Assembly: GCF_006345805.1 (NCBI RefSeq)
Contig: NC_043001.1
Coordinates: 32,798,001 to 32,862,000, forward strand
Reading direction: 5' to 3'
Length of the DNA: 64,000 nt
Source of the DNA: Octopus sinensis
Taxonomy: Eukaryota
Shown piece after piece: positions 52,969 to 64,000 of the stretch. The notes under the pieces were generated by a model, which was not told where the DNA came from, did not search any database, and saw only the letters and a list, made by a program, of their open reading frames with translations. The translations under genes were made by a program, and so were the position numbers. The number at the start of each line of letters is the position of its first letter. Position 1 is the first letter of the stretch.

Positions 52969-53972
52969 TCTCTTATTATAAAAGGCAGATTTTATCTGCC
53001 TCCTTTGGGAGTTATACAAATACAATATAGGATTTCTTCAATTACAATTTACCTAGCAATTTTAAGAGTACAATGCATCGCGTCATGCAGGTCCGGTTTT
53101 TTAAATTTAACTCCAATTAAGCAAAATTTACAGAAACTCACATCTGGTGTGTGTGTCAAATGCTTTTCTTAGTCTGGTTTACACCACACGCAAACGCACA
53201 CACACACAAAGGGAGCGAATTGTTTCACTAACGCTATCACCCTTCTCCTCCTTTGTCTTTGCTATTAAAGTGAAAACAGTGAATCCGACAGCGATAAAGA
53301 AAACGAATTGGTACCTGAATGGAGTGAAAATTTAAAAACTGTTTCTTTCGGTGAGTTTTCTGAAGAAACTGGACCAAGCACAGACTTTCCCAGAAGAGTA
53401 AAGCCTTAGACCATTTCTATTTACTTTTTGGAATGATGAGCCTATTTGAAATCATTACGCTAAACGTAAACAACAACCGAAAGAAAGGATAGTAGTTATT
53501 TCCCACAACCTTAAATGAAATTAAGGCCTATTTTGCCATAAATATTATTATGGGTATCAGAAGTTACCCAGAATAACAAATTCTATCGTAAAATTTTGTT
53601 GTATACCCATTGAATATTAGCTAATAACCCATTTTCTATAGCGATGTTTTGAACAAAATTTTAATAATTTTACAGAAAGTTACCCAGAATAACAAACGAG
53701 CCCTTCTGGGTATTAGCGCACTTCGTCACGATGTCTACGATTTAAAAAAAAATTACCATCATATTTTTCCATTTTAATGCATTTTTTTCGCTTTTATATA
53801 AGGGAAGTAACTCTCTAAAAATATCTACGATGTTGTCAACGATTTAAAGAAAATTTACCTTAATTTTTTTCAATTTTTAATGCATTTTTGCTACTTTTTG
53901 GCTATAACTCTCTAAAAATGCTTATATAGTTATTTCCCTTACAACCCGAGCAACGCCGGGCGATACTGCTAG
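52969..53972 (+). mobile_element. Non-autonomous Helitron, complete (~1.0 kb)
   Basis: 5' A|TCTCTTATTATAAAAGG; 3' hairpin CCCGAGCAACGCCGGG followed by CTAG|T; A-T insertion site, no TSD. Confidence 0.75.
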
Positions 53973-54308
53973 TATATAGATATAAATTTTTACATACATA
54001 CATATATATATATATGTAACTTTTTGCAAGGATAATGTTGACAATGATATAAGTGCTTCAGTTTGTTTGTCTTCATCAGACCATCGTCTGATGATGGTAT
54101 GCGCAAGCCGAAATTTCGCTGGCACAGTTAACTTTAACTGTTTGAATGTAAATAAAAATGCATTCCAAAACAAAGTATTCAGTGAGACTTCAGTTGAATA
54201 TTAAATTGTTGTTATATATAACTTTACATTAAAACAGCTATGTACACACACACATATATACGCGTGTGAGTGTGTATATATATGTGTGTGTATGTATATG
54301 TAAAAGAG

Positions 54309-54340
<32 letters not shown>

Positions 54341-54341
54341 C

Positions 54342-54392
<51 letters not shown>

Positions 54393-55114
54393 AGAAAGTG
54401 AGGGAGACTCATACATATATACATACTTGCTTATGTACATAAATATGCGCTGAAAGTCATTGTCTTATTTCAAAATACATTAACATTTAATGTTTGTACA
54501 CAATTTCAAACAACGATGTATGAAATATGTACAAGCATAACAAAAATAGTCATACATCTTCCGGTTTGAACCTTAATTGGTCATTTCCAAGGTGAAAAAG
54601 TTTCTTTATTAAGTTTCTTATAATGTATTTTTTTTTACATAATTCCCAAAGCAATATAATACAAAATAAAGCATCTATACGTTATTCTTATTATAATGAT
54701 AATAGTAATGCAATTTCTTTTTCAAATTTTACACAGATATTGAAAGATGTTGTACTTTGAGAGTAGATAAAAAAAAATTTAGTGCATTTTCGTGTTTTAG
54801 GTTTAGCTTTTTTACTATGATATGTATACATTTTATATTTTTGTATATTAATTTTATCGATCTTTGAATATGTCTACCATACACACACGCTCACACATAC
54901 ACACACTCAAATAAACACACATGCGCGCATATATATATATGACACACATGCTTTTCTCCGAACCACCTGCTGTTACTCCTTTTCTTCCTCTCAAAAATCT
55001 CAGAACGAAGAGCCCACTCGAAACGTCATTTTCATCATTTTTCCAGCAAAAAATTCTGCTATGTAATATATTCACAGTGTACGCCTTACTTTTGTCGCTT
55101 TTTCCTATATATAA

Positions 55115-55177
<63 letters not shown>

Positions 55178-55338
55178 GAACACAAAATGGGACAAGAACG
55201 TAAAACATCCGGACAGTTAGGTGATACAAAAAGGGACAACAAAACATCCAGATAGACGATCAAAGAGAACAAGGAGGGGTCATCAAAGTCTCATTTTGCA
55301 TTTTCTCTCTCCTCCTCTCTCTCTCTCTCTCTCTCTCT

Positions 55339-55372
<34 letters not shown>

Positions 55373-55465
55373 TTAGAGAGGTTTTGGCCAGTATTGGCCC
55401 AGGCCATGTCTAAATAGCACCACCTGACGAATATTTATATATAGCGGCGTACGTACACATTGTTC

Positions 55466-55551
<86 letters not shown>

Positions 55552-56366
55552 GTGTGTGTTGACCCACAAAACATGTTACTTCGTGTGGTTTTCTGATTTT
55601 CCTATTTGTATTAGCTTACATATGTGTGTATCTGCATCTGTTAGAAAGACAGAGAGAAAGAGAGCGAGAGAGAGATAGACAAACAGAGACAGAGAGTGAA
55701 AGAGAGGGAGAGACACAGGAATGGATGCAGAGAACAATGGCATATAAATTTAGATGTGTGTGTATGTGTGTGTAGTGTGTTATGTGGTTGAGCGTATGTG
55801 CGTGAGTGCGTGCATTTGACTGTGTGTTGTGCACAAATTTAAGGTCATTCATTACTCCGTTGCTGCTTTTCTTATTAAATTTGTTTCTATTACGCTACAT
55901 TTTATTTAACTTTTCATGGACAGTAACAGTGCTCACCGGACTGAGTTAAAATGGAATGTTTACGAGCCCCAAAGGACTCGACTGATCCTTGAGAAACGGG
56001 ATCTCTGCCGTGGCCATTTCCCCCTAATGCCATATAAATTTGCATTCATCTGCCATATCTATTTCCTAACTTCTGCCATATCGAATTACTCTATATTCCT
56101 CAGGCATATCTGATTTCTCTCTTCTAATAGAGCTATTTCCCATAACCAGCCATATTATTATTCACATGCAATGATGTATTCGTAATGAATTTGGTTTTGC
56201 ATGATGTATAGAGAGACAGACAATCGAGAGAGGGCTCTATGTGGTCGCTCAGCTTGCTAGAAATACTAGTCTTGTCTCTCTTCAAACTATATCCTATCAT
56301 CTTTAAATATAACGAAGAACACTTTTGGTAATAAAGTCATATATATATATATACTATGTAATACAT

Positions 56367-56471
56367 ATATATATATTTATTTACTACCCACAAAGGGCTA
56401 AGCATAGAGGGAACAAACAATGACAGACAGGGATTAAGTCGATTACTTCGACCCAGTGCGAAACTGGTACT
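56367..56471 (-). mobile_element. SINE family 1, 3' fragment
   Basis: Tail-A homology. Confidence 0.7.
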
Positions 56472-56589
56472 TTATGTAACATATATATATAGTTAATCCA
56501 AACATGAACAAAGAGAAAACACAACAACGCGAGGACGTGGAACAAGTATAGTGTTATTGGACACTCAGGAAAGGAAAGAAAGAAGGAGG

Positions 56590-56624
56590 ATTTAACGTTT
56601 CGAGAGGAGCTCTTCGTCAGAAAC
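56590..56624 (-). ncRNA. Minimal type I hammerhead motif within repeat family D (56476-56690)
   Basis: Minus strand GTTT-CTGACGA-A-GAGCTCCTCTC-GAA-ACGT-T-AAAT: palindromic ACGT helix III, 3-bp helix II, 4-bp helix I. Confidence 0.6.
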
Positions 56625-56775
56625 ATAGAAAAAGGAAGGTCCAAGGAAGGGAAGACGGAGAAAGAAAATCGCCAACGATACACACGTTGTCACATATGTG
56701 TGTGTAATTGTGAATGTGTGTGTGTATGTGTGTATGTGTGTGTATTTGTACATACACATCTGTGTAAATGTATGT

Positions 56776-57092
56776 AAAGAACCCTTTGGTCATGAATGAC
56801 CATGGGATTGCACCTAGAAAGTTCCCATCCATGGCACACGTTTAAGCAAGGTTGTTTATGGACGACCAGCATTCGCCCATGCATATCAGGTACCCCTCTC
56901 CATGTCACCGATGTTTTCCAAGGCTGATGCAGTGAGGCACCAGTGATATCGCAACTCATTTCTACAGCTGAGTGAACTTGAGCAACGTGAAATAAAGTGT
57001 CTTGCTCAAGAGCACAACACGCAGCCCGGTCCGGGGGTCGAACTCACAACCTTATAACTGTGACGCTTTCGCACTGAGCCATGAGCCTTCAC
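56776..57092 (-). mobile_element. SINE family 4
   Basis: tRNA-like head GGCTCATGGCTCAGTG...GGTTGTGAGTTCGACCCC, core CTTGAGCAAGACACTTTATTTC. Confidence 0.75.
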
Positions 57093-57104
57093 TGGTAGAT
57101 ATAT

Positions 57105-57164
<60 letters not shown>

Positions 57165-57783
57165 GGATGGATGGATGGATGGATGGATGGATGGCGGGAT
57201 AGATAGATAGATAGACATACATACACATATGTATACATATCAAAATAGGCAACAGGATATCAAGAGGTGATGCATTACGACCGTTTCAAGCGGCTCCATT
57301 TGCAGTCAGCAATTTATGAAATACACACCAGGAATAGTATATAAAAATTTACTTTACCCTTAATCCTTTCGGGGGCTGATAAAATAAAATATCAGTTTAT
57401 TACTAGAGTTGAGGCAATTCAGAAACCACCTCCTCTCAAAAATTGGTGGCTTTGTGCCTATGCTACAAATGATTATTTATTTACAACTGTATGTCTTTCT
57501 ATGTTCATGTGACGTAGAATTCCAAGTGGCGTAGAATTCAAGTGACGTAGAAATCCTCTGGTATTCCAAGTGACGTAGAATTGCTCTGGTACGTATAAAT
57601 TTCTTCCAGCTTCTTTTCCCTTAGAGAAGCAGCTAATTGGCAGAGTCGCTAAAGTTCCGGGTAGCAGAATGCCAGGCCATATTTCTTCCGGCTGGCTGTA
57701 AGGGGAATTCAAATTTACAGGTCGTGGCTTTCATAGATAATGTAAGGATTTTTATAAAGTGTCAGCATGTATTGGCCACCGAT

Positions 57784-57854
<71 letters not shown>

Positions 57855-58773
57855 CCTCTCTTTCTCTCTCTCCCTCCCTCCATCTCGCTCTTTGTTTCTT
57901 TGTTTCTTTGTTGTTTGTTTCTTTCTTTCTGTGTATGTGTATGTATGTGTGTGTGTGTGTGGTGTGTGTGTGTGTGTGTGTGTGTGTGAAGCGGTTACTT
58001 TTCAATGCGTGACGGCTTTGTGGTAACATACAAAGTGTCACTTCCTGCAAAAATTGGATTTGATATTTGGATGAGTGAGGAGCAAGCGAGATCTCGTAGA
58101 AGATTTGGTATGTTACTAGAACCACAATAGGTACGACAGGGAACAGACACAACATAGAAGAAAGACGTACACAATGAGATATCAAATAGCAATGTATGTA
58201 ATATTTCCAATAAGCCACTCTACCGGAGGTTATATGATCTATACAAGAAGCAATTAAGCAGCAGCATATATTATTTACTACATATCTCTTAGAAACATCC
58301 AACACTTTAAATTAGATATCTATGTGTATTCTTCAGCTTCATATGAATATTTCGTGATTATTAAGTGAATTAAAATATCATTGTATTACTAAGTTAATAT
58401 GTTTATTGAATATATAACTATTTGCTGAAAAGTTACCAATATCAGAAAAGTACGCTTCCTTTTCCCTTGTCATTGCATTGTCTCTTGTGTTATACTTATT
58501 TATTAACAAGCCAAAGAAAGATTTTGCCAAATTTGTTATAAAATTAATTGTTTATTATTCATTCTTGCATTTTGATAATTCTCTTCTCTTTTTTTTTTTT
58601 TTTTGGTTTCGTTCTTTCTTCTTTCCTTCGTTCTCTCTTTGTTTTTTTGTTTCTCTCTTTGTTTCCGTCCTTCCATTCATAATTCCCATAATTACGCTTA
58701 GAAGGGAATTTTAAATGTGCCAATCTTCAGAAAACGTGACCGAGAGATGAGAAGCCCTACTACTTGATTTCCA

Positions 58774-58793
58774 TAATAATAATAATAATAATG

Positions 58794-58836
<43 letters not shown>

Positions 58837-58850
58837 TAATGATGATGATG

Positions 58851-58901
<51 letters not shown>

Positions 58902-58905
58902 GTAG

Positions 58906-58939
<34 letters not shown>

Positions 58940-58988
58940 GATAATATAATAATAAATAATAATAATAATAATAATAATAGTAGTAATA

Positions 58989-59069
<81 letters not shown>

Positions 59070-59075
59070 TAATAA
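58774..59075. repeat. (AAT)n microsatellite
   Basis: Direct reading. Confidence 0.95.
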
Positions 59076-59694
59076 ACTATATGAAATACAAAATAAATAA
59101 GAATAAAATATACTAAAAACATTAAAAATCATTAAGCTTTAAAATTGTATTTTCAGTCTAGAAATAGTATATTTTCGTGTAATTCATTTAGAATATTTTT
59201 GAGCATTATGCCAGCGATTACACTTCGTAAAACCACCTGATATAACGTGAAGCAAGCGTACACAGCGAACTAATCAAGATATGATAAGCTTAAAGAAGAT
59301 GGAATCCCTAAATCAACTTAGCCCAGTATAGCCTCCAACCACAAAGCTAGTTTTCTTGAACGATATCGATAAAGATCAAATTTGCATCAAACTACGAACG
59401 TGAATTGACACTAGATTACAATGATCAGTTCAAAGTAATAAGATTGTGAGTTCAATTCCTGCACCAAGCAGTCCTTACTGTTAGCCGACAACTAATTACA
59501 AATCAAGAAACTCTTACATTTACCATAGTTTTCAAAATTATATTCAAAAGGTAAACACTGAAAATTCCGTAATGGTTTGCTAACTTATTAATATTATATT
59601 ATAATATATTATATTATATCATATCGTATCATATATCATATCGTATATCATATCATCATATCATATTATATATCATTTTACATTACATTATATT

Positions 59695-59906
59695 AAGGCA
59701 GCGAGCTGGCAGCAACGTTAGCACGCCGGGCGGAATGCTTACCGGTATTTCGTCTCTACGGTCTGAGTTCAAATTCCGCCGAGGTCGACTTTGCCTTTCA
59801 TCTTTTAGTGGTCGATAAATTAAGTACCAGTTGTGTACTGGGGTCGATGTAATCGACTGGCCCCTCCCCAGAAATTTCGGGCCTTGTTCCCAGAGTAGAA
59901 AAGAAT
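59695..59906 (+). mobile_element. SINE family 1 (tail B)
   Basis: Homology to other copies. Confidence 0.85.
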
Positions 59907-60748
59907 ATTAATATTATTTGCTTATTCTGTCATTCATTTCTCACTTAAGTCATAATTTTATTTAGTGGCTTAGTTATAGAAGGAAGTGGAGTAACCATAA
60001 TTATTGTCAGGACATACGCGCTTGGTGGACAAAAATTATCCTCAGACCGGGATGTGTGTAATTAGGTGGAGCACGCTAATGAGACCAAAACACCAGGTGA
60101 TGATGTGGTGATGATAAACCAGGTAAAAAATTCAATCCACTGTTCTTGTACACAATTTAGGTTTACCAAATTTTCCTCTTTCATTCGATCCCGTAAGCAT
60201 TTTGTTTCATAATCGAGTTAATAACTTAACGTTCAATAGAAAAATTCATGAATATGTTTTTGACGTTTCATGATTAAATCTTTCTTCAGATATTAGGTAA
60301 ATTTGGATCAAAGAAGAAAGAAATTTGGTAAAAAAAATTGACCAAAATAAATACTTCATATTGTAATTTGTATTGAAAATGATGGAGCTTTGATGAAATA
60401 AGATTTTAGTTGTGCAAGAAAAGTGGAGCTGATGACACGGTGCAAATATTGGAAGTAAGCATACATTTTATCTGTAGTTTCACTCGATGTGTTGTGAGTT
60501 CAGTATATGACAACGCTGATACATGGTTATACAGTCAGGGATGTGTGTGCCTATGTATGTATGCATATAGGACACAAGCTTCAAAACTGTTAATTTGTTC
60601 TATTCATGTAAGACACGAGAGAATAGAGAATCGCTGTGCAAGGTCTTCCCGATTACGGTGAAATGCCTGGTATCTTGATTTGCGAGAAGGAATGGCGTGC
60701 AAGGTTTAGGCAATGGGAGGCCGGATGTTCTCCTCTTCGTAAATCCAG

Positions 60749-60788
<40 letters not shown>

Positions 60789-60789
<1 letters not shown>

Positions 60790-61415
60790 ATAATTAGGGT
60801 TCAGCAACGATTAGCTTCAACACACACCGAAGTTTTAGAAATAGCAGTAAAAATCCTAGCTATTCTTTCTACTTTAAAGGGAGTTCCCAGAAAAACCAGA
60901 GCACTTGAAGACAAACCACGTAGGCAAAAGGGGAAAAATGACGAAAGTCATTCTATAATAGGTTACCTACGGACGCGCGTTTCGGAATTAAGCCAGTATA
61001 AAGCATAAATAATAAATAATCATACCTTACCCGACTATTTTCGTCTCTTCAGCGTAGGATTCCACAATCATAAATAATTGTATCTCAATTATTAATAATT
61101 GTATCTTAAATTCGAGGGCACTGGAAAACATCACTTAACCTAACGGTATCAGAGTTAGTGCCGCCAAATTCAAAAAATGTATGAGAGTAAGTCATCCTCC
61201 CTCGCCCTCCAGCGTGTGGCCAAAGTAAGATGCTACAGTTTTTTTTCTGGGAGAAAAATACCATTATCAGTAATAACAAAGGGTGAAATTAATTAATTAA
61301 GAATTAATTAGTAATTAATTTCACCAAGTAGAATTCGGCATGAAAAAAGACCATTTTATGGTAAGTTTAAGTAATACTATATAATTAGGGTTCAGCAACG
61401 TACCCTTTGTTATTA

Positions 61416-61421
<6 letters not shown>
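60789..61421 (-). mobile_element. Hammerhead-containing repeat B (591-bp monomer, 21-bp terminal redundancy, 20-bp inverted tail); homologue of repeat A
   Basis: TATAATTAGGGTTCAGCAACG at 60789-60809 and 61380-61400; 61402-61421 inverts 61265-61284; (TA)n both sides; collinear with A. Confidence 0.8.
60966..61058 (-). ncRNA. Type I hammerhead ribozyme with intact core
   Basis: Minus strand CCTACG-CTGAAGA-G(~60 nt)C-GAA-ACGCGCGT-C-CGTAGG: perfect 6-bp helix I, palindromic helix III, GUC site. Confidence 0.85.
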
Positions 61422-61471
<50 letters not shown>

Positions 61472-62639
61472 CAGATGTTATTAAAAGATATCAAATATAA
61501 AAAAATATCAAAAAGAAATTCTAAAACTGAAAAGTATTTAAATGCCAAAGGCCTTCTGAATCATCTGGTGTATGTGTGTATGTGTGTGTGTGTGTGTACA
61601 TATCTTTATCCATGCGTAAATATATATATATATATGTGTGTGTGTTGTATATGTGTGTGTATATATATATATATATTTATGCATACACACACACGCACAC
61701 ACACTCACATACACAGACATGCACGTACACACTGGTGAGTTTAGAACCCCCAAAAGTGCGAAACGTGCGTTGGGAACAAATAGTAGAAACTGCATTGCTT
61801 TTCATAACTTTTCCTACACACACACACTCGCAAGCACACACGCACACACACACATGCACATACGCATACATGCACGTACGCATACATGCACATACACAGA
61901 CATGCACGTATACACACACTTACACACACACTTGCACTCACGTGTTTACACACACACACACAGAAGTGTACTCGTATAATAATTTGAGTGTGAATGCCTG
62001 TATGCGTGTGTGTATAGTGTATTTATGTATACAGAGAGAAAGAGAAACAGAGAAATAGAGAGACAGACACAGAGGGACAAAGAAGAGCGTGTGGTCCTTT
62101 TTTCACATTTTTTTTTCATTACCGCAAATATGCAATATGTGTTTAGATATGTGCATGGAGATATGTCTAACTGCAAGCGCACGTAAAATGTACGAATTCA
62201 TGCATGTGTATGTGTGTGTGCATTCGTGTGTACTCATTGGGCGTGTACTTATAGACCGAGAAAATTTATGGTATTTTTTCCCCTTCTTCCTGACACAGAT
62301 TAAATTTCTCTATATTATGATGCATGTTCTATATAACTACCTGTTCAATTCCGCACCATTAACTTATTTCTAGTGATAACGATATGGATGAGTTCCAGCA
62401 CCACCACCAACATTACCATCACTACAAAGGGAACATGCACTAACGTACCACATGCGAATGGTACCATATATTTATGTGGGATGGGCAGAACAAATGCTAA
62501 TGAGAGGGAGGTCTGAATAACTGTATTCTCGCTCTTCGTTATCGTCTTGTGTATTGATTGATAATATGCTCGTCGTCATCATAGTCGACATTGTCAACTT
62601 GGTGAGTTTTATCAAGAGCTTTTGTCGCCATCGCCGTCT

Positions 62640-62719
62640 TATCATCATCATTGTCGTCGTCGTCATCATCATCATCATCGTCATCATCGTCTTCATCGTC
62701 ATCAGCATCATCATTTTCG

Positions 62720-62760
<41 letters not shown>

Positions 62761-63063
62761 GTCTTCATCATCATCATCATCATCATCATCGTCTTCATCG
62801 TCATCAGCATCATCAGCATCATCATTGTCATCATCATCATCATCATCATTATCACCATCACCATCATCATCATCATCATCAGTATCACCATCATCGTCAT
62901 TATTACCATCATCACCATCATCATCGTCATTATCACCATCATCATCGTCTTCATCGTCATCAGCATCATCAGCATCATCATCGTCATCATCATCATCATC
63001 GTCATCATCATCGTCATCATCATCATCATCATCATCATCACCATCGTCATCATCGTCGTCATC
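62640..63063. repeat. Degenerate (CAT)n/(CGT)n trinucleotide tract
   Basis: Direct reading. Confidence 0.95.
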
Positions 63064-63495
63064 AAAGTTCCTGATTAAGTTGATGGTAATGCAGAAGAGA
63101 CAATCTTTCCTAAGACAAACGCGGCATAGCCGTGTTGTGAATAAGGTACCTCTGCAACTACGTGGCTTCGGGTTCAATTCCGCTGCGCAGTACTATGGGC
63201 AAGTGTCCTCTCTAACTTCGGCCGACTAATGCCTTATCGATGAGTGTATTTCGCTGACTAACACTGCACCACATGACACCCGGTGTTGGTTTCCATCCCC
63301 ATAGTGGTTTGGAAAAGAGGCCGATAGAATGTTAAAAATAAAATACTAATGGGGGTCTACTTTTTCGATTAAACCTTCTACAGCGGTGCTCCAGCATGAC
63401 CGCAGTCCAGTGGATGAAACAAGTCAACGATAAACGATAAAAGATGAATAATATGGGCAGTCTGCATGACTAGAATAACTTTGGTCAACACAGAT

Positions 63496-63654
63496 GGAGG
63501 AGTGGCTGTGTGGTAAGTAGCTTGCTTGCCAACCACATGGTTCTGGGTTCAGTCCCACTACGTAGCACCTTGGGCAAGAGTCTTATACTATAGCCTCGGG
63601 CCGACCAAGCCTTGTGAGTGGATTTTGTAGACGGAAACTGAAAGAAGCCCGTCG

Positions 63655-63724
<70 letters not shown>

Positions 63725-63941
63725 CGCGTGTATGTGTGTTTGTCCCCCCAACAATATTTGACAAACGATGCTGGTGTGTTTACCTCCCCATCACTTAGCG
63801 GTTCGGCAAGAGGGACCTGTAGAATAAGTACTAGGCTTACAAAGAATAAGTCCTTGGGGTCGATTTGTTCGACTAAAGGCGGTGCTCCAACATGACCGCA
63901 ATCATATGACTGAAACAAATAAAAGAATAAAAGAATAAAGA
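63496..63941 (+). mobile_element. SINE family 2, full length; another copy begins near 63946 and is cut by the window end
   Basis: Homology to the 11769 and 34388 copies. Confidence 0.85.
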
Positions 63942-64000
63942 ACAGATGGCGGTGTGGCTGCGTGGTAAGAAGCTTCCTTCTCACACCACATGGTTCCGGG

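Noticed and set aside
62472-63229. Poly-Asp, poly-His, poly-Met and poly-Ser ORFs
   Set aside because: All frames of one (CAT)n tract are open; low complexity, no flanking gene structure

Overview
AT-rich, repeat-saturated eukaryotic DNA with no convincing host protein-coding gene. The tRNA-derived SINE families resemble those of coleoid cephalopods, most likely Octopus (recognition, not a database match). Nearly all ORFs in the six-frame track are microsatellite or SINE artefacts. Recognisable content: dozens of SINE copies from four families, a near full-length decayed mariner, a Tc1 fragment split by a SINE, Helitron helicase fragments plus one complete non-autonomous Helitron, R4/Dong-like (RLE) LINE fragments, a decayed Penelope-like element (RT thumb + GIY-YIG), MITEs and foldback repeats, and a 1.7-kb Thr/Ala-codon minisatellite. 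Main discovery: three related, non-coding ~590-640 bp monomer repeats (34.9-35.8 kb, 36.2-38.3 kb, 60.8-61.4 kb). Each carries a type I hammerhead ribozyme motif with a palindromic (dimer-type) helix III and a long helix II, plus a second covarying multibranch RNA domain. They occur as circularly permuted, more-than-unit-length tandem arrays in or against (TA)n microsatellites. This fits retrozyme-like circular-RNA retroelements (or Penelope pseudo-LTR derivatives). Further independent hammerhead motifs occur at 41.45 kb and 56.6 kb. All RNA structures were paired by eye; ribozyme activity and circular RNA are untested inferences.
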